The notes beneath the pieces are model-generated. The model did no database searches. It saw only the letters and a list, made by a program, of their open reading frames with translations, and was not told the origin of the DNA. A program made the position numbers and the translations under genes. Positions 57,102 to 64,000 of a stretch of 64,000 nt of DNA are shown here, piece by piece. The stretch spans positions 248,001 through 312,000 of IMG/VR virus record IMGVR_UViG_3300021964_000012; one strand, 5' to 3'. Numbering within the stretch: the stretch's first letter is position 1; each line of letters starts with the position of its first letter.

Positions 57102-58010
57102 TTAGTCTATAACACTTTTGGTGTTAACACCAGAAGCTTGTGATAATTCAGGCTTTGGAGCTGGTTTTACATCTGGCTTTGTAGTTCCATCCATGTCACC
57201 ATATTTTGGTGTTGAACGACCTGATGTGTTTCCATCTTTGATGTCGACTGGCTTTGCATCCATTCCTTTTTGACCTGAGTTAGCAGCTACTGGACTTTTA
57301 CTAGCTGGTGATGTTGTAACTGGCTTAGGAGCTGCAACTAATTCTACACCTTCTTCTAAACCTTCTACTTCAACATTAACATCGATTGGCTCGTCCATTT
57401 TGTCTTCCATGCCATCAATCTCGTCCTGCTCCATGTCAGTATCGCTATCAATGTCTGAAATCTCGTCTTGCTCGCCTTCAATGTCGTCTGTGTTATCGTC
57501 AACCTGTGCCATTAGCTCTTCGAATTCACCCATTAGTTCGTCTAATTTGTCTTCGATGTCTACTACACGGTCTTCTAATTCTTCTTCGCCGTCATCGTCA
57601 TCAACGTCTACGTCGATCATTTCGATTTCTTCTTCCTCATCTTCCATTCTGACGCCTTCTTCTTCGGCCTCAACTTCGTCAATGAGATCGTCAACCTGTG
57701 ATCCACCTAAATCTGTTTCATCAATCTTTTGATCGTTGTCATGTTCTGCGTCACGCTTGCCACGCTTTCCCATTTCGTCGTCTCTACGATCTTTCATTGA
57801 TTGTTTTTTGCCTGATTCAGCACCGTCTTTAGCACCTAAATGCTCATCTTCGCGGTCCTTGTAACCTTGCTTTTCTGTAATTTCTTCTTCTGACATAATG
57901 TCTTCGTATATGTCTTTTGACTTTTCCACAACAATCTCATGGAAAAGAGCTTTTGCATTTTTTTCATCATCGTTGATGACGAATTCAATAAGTTGCTCAA
58001 ATTTGTTCAT
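57102..58010 (-). CDS. Very acidic prohead core protein (gp67/gp68-like position)
   Basis: D/E-dominated; between portal and protease; GTAAGTA at 58052..58046. Confidence 0.65.
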   Translation of the reverse strand: MNKFEQLIEFVINDDEKNAKALFHEIVVEKSKDIYEDIMSEEEITEKQGYKDREDEHLGAKDGAESGKKQSMKDRRDDEMGKRGKRDAEHDNDQKIDETDLGGSQVDDLIDEVEAEEEGVRMEDEEEEIEMIDVDVDDDDGEEELEDRVVDIEDKLDELMGEFEELMAQVDDNTDDIEGEQDEISDIDSDTDMEQDEIDGMEDKMDEPIDVNVEVEGLEEGVELVAAPKPVTTSPASKSPVAANSGQKGMDAKPVDIKDGNTSGRSTPKYGDMDGTTKPDVKPAPKPELSQASGVNTKSVID

Positions 58011-58121
58011 TAAAATAATCCTTCTAAGTATTGGGCTCAGTATAGTACTTACAAGAAAATTAAAAAACTAGTAGTTTATAGGGGTAAAAGTGGTAGAAAA
58101 TGAATTATTTTCTGTGCTAAC

Positions 58122-58337
58122 CTACATCTGTGGTGGAGGTGGAGCAAATTGTGCTTGAATACGTTTGAGATCTTGCTTCTTCTCATAGTTTCTAAGATCG
58201 TACATTCTACGCAGTTTAGATATCTGCTTTAGTGTTAGTTTTGTTTTACGCAACTCGCCAAGTTCCGGAACAGAGTTATCGTCTTTCTGTTCTTGATATC
58301 CGTCTGCTGGTGCATCATAAAATTCAAATAGTTTCAT
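58122..58337 (-). CDS. Small head-associated protein
   Basis: 71 aa, starts MKLFEFY; ATAAATA (58349..58343) 5 nt before ATG. Confidence 0.65.
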   Translation of the reverse strand: MKLFEFYDAPADGYQEQKDDNSVPELGELRKTKLTLKQISKLRRMYDLRNYEKKQDLKRIQAQFAPPPPQM

Positions 58338-58345
58338 AATAGTAT

Positions 58346-60094
58346 TTATGCAGGAGGTTCTTCAGGAGCGGCTGGTGCAGCCATGTCAACATTTACATCA
58401 ACTTCTTCGCCACCTGCAGCTTCTTCACCAGCAACTGCATCTCCCATCTGTACATCACCTTCAAAGTCGCCAGGGCTTACACCTACTGTACGTAAATCAC
58501 TACCAGTTGGTTCAGTTTCAATTGGTTGTCCCGTTTCTTCTTCCCAATACTCAGTATTTTCTTGAAGTTCATCGTCGGTTAATCCAAGGTAGCGTTTCAG
58601 AAGAAAACGCTTGCTCATGTAGGGCAGTTGTTCCAATGCACTGAATGCTTGTATTCTAGTTGTGTCTAGTTCGGCCTGTCTATAGCTCGCAAAATTCTGT
58701 GGAGGTGCAAATGTAATGTTAAAAAGTCCACTGTCAATGTTGAACCCTCTCCAACGCATGAACATTTTGAATTCATCATCAAGTTTTTCAATTACCTGCT
58801 TTTGCAATCTTTCGCAGTATTGATTGAATCTGTATTCTTGTATGAGTGCAGTACCAACTCTACCGTCGTTCATTGGTCGATCTGAGTCATCTGGACCGGT
58901 TGGTAGATAACTGCTAGGAACACGCAAGCCTCTGCACATTTTGTTGTTAAAGTATTTTAAATCGTCAATCTGTCCAAGGTTTTCACCACCCGGCAGTGTT
59001 TCAACTTTTGATCCACGTCCTTCGGCAGTTTGAGGAAAGAAATAGTCTTCGTTTATGCTCAATGGATTGTAAGTTGTATCCATGGTTGTTGCTTGTTGAC
59101 CACCCTGTGGATTTGGGATACGTCTTTGATGTACTTCATTTTTCACACGTTCGACAAACTGCATGGCTAGATGTGATGGCATGTTTCCAACATCAATGTA
59201 AAATACACGTCTTTCAGGAGCACGTTGTACTCTGTATATAAGAATAGCATCTTCAAGCAATTCTTTTTGTTTGAACACTTTGAATATCATTTCCAGCACA
59301 CTCTGCGAGAAAGGCCAGAAAAAATCTAATCCTTCACTGAGTCCAAGATGCACTACATTTTTAGCATCAATTACGGTTTCATTTACTGTGTGTTCGAATC
59401 TGCTTTGTCCAGCAGGAGCATTTGGAATGGTATAGTTTGAACCACCCATGGCACTGCCACCAGTTCCAATTATTTCGCCTGAGTTTAATCCAGTGCCATA
59501 GTCGGTGGTTTTCTTTGGTGCAATACTGAGATTTTGAAAGTTTGGATTTATATCTCTAATCACATACTGCTCAGGACGTTTGCCTTCATTTTCATTAACA
59601 ATCACACGCACAACCTTGGTCATGTCAACCCAGTATAGTTCAAATGTTTCTGGATCACGCACAAACACTTGATCGCCGTACTTTATAGTGTTCCTAAAAA
59701 TACGAAACATACGCTGATCAAGTTTATTAAGTTTTGTCCACTGTTGTAGTTGTGTACGTATTATTTCAATTTCATTATTTGTTGGTTTATCAGTGTATTG
59801 CACTTCAAATGGAGTATTATTGCTTTCATTCTTTTGTGTTGCAAACTCTGCTATAATGTCCAAACAAGCATTGATTTCACTGTCAGTATCCATGTTTTCA
59901 TACTGATTGTAGCGTTCTATCCTGTTAGGATGACCAGAGTATACTTCTGGTAGATGACTTTGATAGTTTTTAAAACCAAACTGTCCGCCAGAACCACCAC
60001 TACCATAAGCAGGACCCCTTGCGTTTTGTCCACTTATAGGACTCAGTTGACCACCGGTGCTACCAACTGCTTTGAAGTATTTTTTCCAGGACAT
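58346..60094 (-). CDS. gp20: Portal protein, gp20-like
   Basis: LEDAILIYRVQRAPERRVFYIDVGNMP, EDYFFPQ..GRGSKVETLPGG, LRVPSSYL. Confidence 0.96.
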   Translation of the reverse strand: MSWKKYFKAVGSTGGQLSPISGQNARGPAYGSGGSGGQFGFKNYQSHLPEVYSGHPNRIERYNQYENMDTDSEINACLDIIAEFATQKNESNNTPFEVQYTDKPTNNEIEIIRTQLQQWTKLNKLDQRMFRIFRNTIKYGDQVFVRDPETFELYWVDMTKVVRVIVNENEGKRPEQYVIRDINPNFQNLSIAPKKTTDYGTGLNSGEIIGTGGSAMGGSNYTIPNAPAGQSRFEHTVNETVIDAKNVVHLGLSEGLDFFWPFSQSVLEMIFKVFKQKELLEDAILIYRVQRAPERRVFYIDVGNMPSHLAMQFVERVKNEVHQRRIPNPQGGQQATTMDTTYNPLSINEDYFFPQTAEGRGSKVETLPGGENLGQIDDLKYFNNKMCRGLRVPSSYLPTGPDDSDRPMNDGRVGTALIQEYRFNQYCERLQKQVIEKLDDEFKMFMRWRGFNIDSGLFNITFAPPQNFASYRQAELDTTRIQAFSALEQLPYMSKRFLLKRYLGLTDDELQENTEYWEEETGQPIETEPTGSDLRTVGVSPGDFEGDVQMGDAVAGEEAAGGEEVDVNVDMAAPAAPEEPPA

Positions 60095-60130
60095 ATAATT
60101 TCCATGTAAATCTTTGTTATGGAGTATTTA

Positions 60131-62653
60131 TCAGTTGTTGCGAGCGGCCTGTAATTGTTCGCCTTGTAATCTTGTGCCTTTGGTTGTTTGATCCAGCATG
60201 GCCTGTAGTACACCAAGAATTTTCTCGTTACTGCCGCCATCACCTTGCATCGTTTGCGTTTCTCCTGCAGCTGGACCACCTTCCATGTCTGTGAGTCCTT
60301 GGTTGCTAATAGATAATCCACCTGCGTCGCCGAGTTTTGGGCCAGCAACTGATCTAAGTTGACTTAGTGCATCAAATTGACCACCTGTAGCAGCACCTTG
60401 AGCACCAACTGTTACACCATCTCCCATGCCATAACTCATTGAAGAAACTCCGCCTTTGCTAGTGTAACTGCTTACATTTCCTTTGTCTATTCTTTGGCCA
60501 GCCATTTGACCATTTACATAATCTCTTTCGTAGTTTACACCGCCAACAGTTCCTTGCATGCTCATCGAAGTTGATGCATCTGCTGAACTGCTCATTTGCA
60601 CGCCGCCTATTCTTGGTCCTTTTCTATAGAGTTCGTTTCCTCTACTGTCCACTGTTACAACAGAACCATCGCCGAGTTTGACATCAAAGGTTCCTGGTAT
60701 TCTTCCTGGCACACCTGGACCAACCTGTCCTGGTATTACCACTCCACTGGTTTTTCCCATTTTCAGTAATTCTGGTCCTTGTTCACCAACCAAATAGGTT
60801 TTACCTGCTTCGGCTGCTCCACCTTCTGCAAAACTACCAGCAACTTTAGCTTTACTTTTATCACCGCCTGAAGAAAAGTATCCAGTTAACGCACCAATTA
60901 AAGCACCAATTCCTCCGCCAATTGCTGTTCCTATTCCAGGAGCTATCGCTGTACCTATAGCAGCACCGGCTAATCCCAGTGTGCCAGCGCCTTTTAATGC
61001 ATTTCCTGTACGATCAATAGTTTCGTCTTTTATTCCTGCGTCTTCTTGCATCTTTTTCATCAGACCAGGTATACCATCTTTAATCAGTGTATCCATGTAG
61101 CCAACCAGCGATGACATGGTTTTTAATTGTATTTCAGCAAACTTTTTCACTGCCTCACTGGCCAATGGTAAAGTTTTATCTAAGGCAAATTGATCAAGTG
61201 CAGTAGCGGTTTTAATCATGGCTTCTTGAGCACTTACAACGTTCTTGGTTAACGAGTCTTGTGTGTTTGCAAGTTTGTTTGTTTCGTCTGTTGCTTTTTT
61301 AGAAGCTGCACCAAGATCTTTTGTAAAGGTCAAGGCTTGAAGTGCTGGAATAAGATTTTCAAGTGAAGTTCCCATTTTACTAACTTGAGATGCAAATGCA
61401 TCGCCACCTAGTCCTTGGTAGAATGTTTTACCTTGTTCTTGTAGCATGCTCAGTGCAGTTGACGAATCAATGGCACCAGATTTTAACTGCGATATTACCT
61501 GTTGACCAACTGGTCCCATGACTTTTAAGAATTCTTGAGCAGCTGGTGTTCCGGCATTGCTTAGTGCATCAGCTAAACCATCACCAATTGCTTTTAAACC
61601 AGGTATACTGTTCAGTGTGGTAATTGTTTTAAGTGTAGCTTGAGCGGCATCTTTACCATTTTTACGCTCAATTTCACGTATTGATGCACCTTGTCTAGCA
61701 TCACGTTGGACTGCATCAATTTCTTTCTGAGATTCTTCAATGCTTTTTCCAGTAATCTTGGATAGCTCTTGTAGATTCTTCATGTACTCTCGAGAACCTT
61801 GAGCCAGTGCTTGTGTGTTCTGAACTTCGTTACGACCTTGTCTTTGTTGGAACTGAATATATTTTGCGGTTAGTTCGTTTTGTTGTTCAACACCTATACC
61901 GAGTGTGAGCAATTCTGACCTAAATGGTCTCATGGCTTTGGTTGTATCGCTTAATCCTTTAGCAGCTTCAGCACTTGTGCCAAATGCAAACGATAATGTT
62001 TCACCTTCTTTGGTTACTGTTTTTGCAAAACTATCAAAACTCAATCCAGCATTCACAGCCTGTTGACCAAGTCCACGCATTCCGTCAGCACCAAGAGCAC
62101 CAGTCTGTGCCGCAGTTCTAAAAGCACCAGTGATTCTATCTAGTTCAGCAGTAAATGTTTTACCAACTGCACTTACTATTTCACCAGCAGCTTCGCTTAG
62201 AGCCGCTATCATAGTACCTGCAGCCTTTCCTAGTCCTCCAATTAAAGGTATAGCTCCAATAGTTGCTGATACCAATCCGCCTGTGACTTTACCAGCCATT
62301 TTGATTGCACTACCAGCCATTTCAATAGACGGATTTAGACTGCGAAACGACTCTCTGTTGTCTCGCATAGCAGTTGAAGCAGCTTCTAGTGCTTGTGCAA
62401 CGCTTAAGGTTCCACCAATTGCTTTTGTTGTGGTACGCATCGCCTTAGTTGTTAGACTTTGGCGTTGTCCTTCTTGTTTCATGCCTTTGGCAGTTAAGCC
62501 TTGCTCTTCTTTGTCAAGTTTGTTGCCTGACTTTAAAAGTTTAGTATAGTCTTCGAGGCTTTTTTTAGCATCCTCCATGTCAGGGCCAGAGCGACCGCCA
62601 GCTCGTTGTAGCTGTTCTAATATTTGTTGCAGTAGCCGCTCTTGTTCGTCCAT
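60131..62653 (-). CDS. Tape measure protein
   Basis: 840 aa helical Ala/Gly/Gln-rich; Gly-rich hydrophobic segments; FAEGG...YLVGEQGPEL motif; divergent from the gp26-like gene. Confidence 0.8.
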   Translation of the reverse strand: MDEQERLLQQILEQLQRAGGRSGPDMEDAKKSLEDYTKLLKSGNKLDKEEQGLTAKGMKQEGQRQSLTTKAMRTTTKAIGGTLSVAQALEAASTAMRDNRESFRSLNPSIEMAGSAIKMAGKVTGGLVSATIGAIPLIGGLGKAAGTMIAALSEAAGEIVSAVGKTFTAELDRITGAFRTAAQTGALGADGMRGLGQQAVNAGLSFDSFAKTVTKEGETLSFAFGTSAEAAKGLSDTTKAMRPFRSELLTLGIGVEQQNELTAKYIQFQQRQGRNEVQNTQALAQGSREYMKNLQELSKITGKSIEESQKEIDAVQRDARQGASIREIERKNGKDAAQATLKTITTLNSIPGLKAIGDGLADALSNAGTPAAQEFLKVMGPVGQQVISQLKSGAIDSSTALSMLQEQGKTFYQGLGGDAFASQVSKMGTSLENLIPALQALTFTKDLGAASKKATDETNKLANTQDSLTKNVVSAQEAMIKTATALDQFALDKTLPLASEAVKKFAEIQLKTMSSLVGYMDTLIKDGIPGLMKKMQEDAGIKDETIDRTGNALKGAGTLGLAGAAIGTAIAPGIGTAIGGGIGALIGALTGYFSSGGDKSKAKVAGSFAEGGAAEAGKTYLVGEQGPELLKMGKTSGVVIPGQVGPGVPGRIPGTFDVKLGDGSVVTVDSRGNELYRKGPRIGGVQMSSSADASTSMSMQGTVGGVNYERDYVNGQMAGQRIDKGNVSSYTSKGGVSSMSYGMGDGVTVGAQGAATGGQFDALSQLRSVAGPKLGDAGGLSISNQGLTDMEGGPAAGETQTMQGDGGSNEKILGVLQAMLDQTTKGTRLQGEQLQAARNN

Positions 62654-62680
62654 TTAATTTTTTACCTGTTTTAAAGCCGT

Positions 62681-62706
62681 ATAAGTACACTTACAACTAT
62701 ATTTAT
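62681..62706. promoter_or_regulatory. Overlapping divergent late promoters (gp26-like and tape measure)
   Basis: ATAAGTA on plus at 62681..62687; ATAAATA on minus at 62706..62700. Confidence 0.55.
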
Positions 62707-62719
62707 GGTAGGAAAAAAC

Positions 62720-63622
62720 ATGGCAATACAACCAGGCGCCCCAATTCAACCAGTACAACCAGTGATACCAAAAACTGCACACGCACCATCAGGCAATCCA
62801 TTGGCTAAACACTTTAGACAACCATCGATCTATATAAAATTGCCCAGTGAAGGTGTATGGTATGATGAATCTATTATTACTATCCCCGAATCAGGCGAAG
62901 TACCTGTTTATCCAATGACTGCACTTGACGAAATCACTTATAGAACTGCTGATGCATTGTTCAATGGACAAGCAGTTACAGATGTTATCAAAAGTTGCAT
63001 ACCTGCATTTAAAGATCCCGCACGAATCAGCACGTTGGATCTTGATACTGTGCTTATAGCAATTAGATTGGCAACTTTTGGTCATGAAATGGAATTTACC
63101 AGCAAGTGTCCAGAATGCGAAGAATCAAATGATCTTGCACTTGATCTTAGACAAATTATGGAAAAGGTTAAAAAACCTGACTTTGGATCACCGCTGTCAT
63201 TTGGTGATATTGAAATACATTTCAAACCGTTGACCTACAAAGAACAAAACGACAACAACATGGCACAGTTTGAAGATCAAAAAACCATGGAAAGCCTTCC
63301 AAATATGGAAATGTCTGAAGAAGAAAAACTCAAGATACTGCAAAAAGCATTTGGAAACATCAGCAAACTTACACTTGTTGCACTTGCAGACAGTATCAGC
63401 ATGATACAATCAGGCGATGATGTTGTTGTTGATCGAACACACATAGCAGAATATTTGGAAAATTGTCCATCACAACAGTTTGAAAAGATTAGAGAGAAGA
63501 TTGCTTCAATCAGAGAAAGTGGAGAAATGGATCCACTGCACATAGTGTGCAACGATTGCAAACACGAATATACCACACCATTTACAATGAATGTTGCAAA
63601 TTTTTTCGCATCAGGCTCTTAA
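62720..63622 (+). CDS. gp26: Baseplate hub assembly chaperone, T4 gp26-like (300 aa from ATG 62720)
   Basis: IYIKLPSEG, VYPMTALDE, DLDTVLIAIRLATFG..M..CPEC; TAGGA SD before MAIQPG. Confidence 0.8.
   Translation: MAIQPGAPIQPVQPVIPKTAHAPSGNPLAKHFRQPSIYIKLPSEGVWYDESIITIPESGEVPVYPMTALDEITYRTADALFNGQAVTDVIKSCIPAFKDPARISTLDLDTVLIAIRLATFGHEMEFTSKCPECEESNDLALDLRQIMEKVKKPDFGSPLSFGDIEIHFKPLTYKEQNDNNMAQFEDQKTMESLPNMEMSEEEKLKILQKAFGNISKLTLVALADSISMIQSGDDVVVDRTHIAEYLENCPSQQFEKIREKIASIRESGEMDPLHIVCNDCKHEYTTPFTMNVANFFASGS
63601..63607 (+). other. Candidate -1 ribosomal frameshift slippery site T TTT TTC
   Basis: X XXY YYZ heptamer in the gp26 frame (AAT TTT TTC); the -1 frame stays open to 63837. Confidence 0.7.
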
Positions 63623-63837
63623 CGTCCACGTCTGAAGAGATTGAAAAAATCATTGACGACATGGACAAAGAAGTTAAGAGCCTTAAAGAAAGCATGCTTA
63701 GAAGCGTTTGGTACATGCGAGGTGGTGTTACATACACCGAAATCGTAAACATGAGCTACGATGAACGAGTATCAATCAACAAAATCATCGAAGACAACTT
63801 AGAAACTGCAAAGAAAACTGGAAGAGATTTTTGGTAA
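63607..63837 (+). CDS. gp51-like / tail assembly chaperone T-type domain, probably made as the -1 frameshift extension of gp26
   Basis: RIRLLTSTSEEIEK...VWYMRGGVTYTEIVNMSYDER...; no SD before in-frame ATG 63661. Confidence 0.65.
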   Translation, partial: RIRLLTSTSEEIEKIIDDMDKEVKSLKESMLRSVWYMRGGVTYTEIVNMSYDERVSINKIIEDNLETAKKTGRDFW

Positions 63838-64000
63838 TCGATCAAGTGAAGGCTGATATTGAAGATTGGTTGATCAACTTTGTAGAAGTTCCTCATCCAG
63901 CACTAGGAAACTGGCCACCATGTCCGTTTGCTAGGCAGTCAAGACTGAGAAACAAGTACGATGTAAGACCAGGCGCAGATGTTGAACGTGATTTATTTTT
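63831..64000 (+). CDS. Hypothetical protein, 5' part only (DUF1415-like CPFA motif)
   Basis: From TTG 63831 with upstream GGAAG: (M)VIDQVKADIEDWLINFVEVPHPALGNWPPCPFARQSR..., open to the window end. Confidence 0.6.
   Translation, partial: MVIDQVKADIEDWLINFVEVPHPALGNWPPCPFARQSRLRNKYDVRPGADVERDLF

Noticed and set aside
63611-63639. Pseudoknot stimulator after the slippery site
   Set aside because: TCAGGC/GTCTGA and TCTT/AAGA would need zero-length loops; at most a weak hairpin, so not claimed.
19923-63837. ORF-track starts at 21413, 23520, 28848, 30774, 62705 and 63547
   Set aside because: Downstream starts have better SD, coupling or promoter spacing; 63547 lies inside gp26 and is better explained by the frameshift.
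1-64000. Stop-codon reassignment
   Set aside because: Core genes are full length under the standard code and TAA, TGA and TAG all act as stops.
1-64000. tRNA, rRNA or other known ncRNA genes
   Set aside because: Intergenic gaps are short and explained by promoters and terminators; no cloverleaf seen by eye (tRNAscan-SE not run).
1-64000. Assignment to cyanophages or to a specific host
   Set aside because: No photosynthesis or other host-diagnostic genes in the window, and gene order differs from T4; the host cannot be called.

Overview
The whole window is phage DNA from a large, AT-rich, T4-superfamily myovirus; most genes lie on the minus strand. No host genes, tRNA, rRNA, CRISPR array or IS element were seen. 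From left to right it holds: (1) an accessory surface-chemistry cluster (partial HAD phosphatase, nucleotidyltransferase-kinase fusion, DxD glycosyltransferase-like protein, cupin, methyltransferase-like proteins, radical SAM); (2) recombination and replication genes uvsY, uvsX and gp32; (3) large terminase, a second radical SAM, an SNase-like nuclease and acidic putative internal head proteins; (4) gp4, tail tube and a 1103-aa tail sheath; (5) dNMP kinase, an exonuclease and necks gp13/gp14/gp15 flanking a divergent early cassette; (6) a block of very long Thr/Gly-rich fibre and PKD proteins bracketed by two CstII/Maf-like glycosyltransferase-fold genes; (7) capsid gp23, scaffold gp22, protease gp21, portal gp20, tape measure and a gp26/gp51-like pair. 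Strongest observations: a correctly phased T-TTT-TTC slippery site that would fuse the gp26-like and gp51-like ORFs by -1 frameshifting (lambda G/GT-like); a late-promoter motif (TAAATA/TAAGTA) placed either exactly 5 nt before ATG (leaderless mRNAs) or on top of RBS-sequestering hairpins; and a candidate phage-encoded virion-glycosylation system. All family assignments come from motif recognition by eye, not from database searches.
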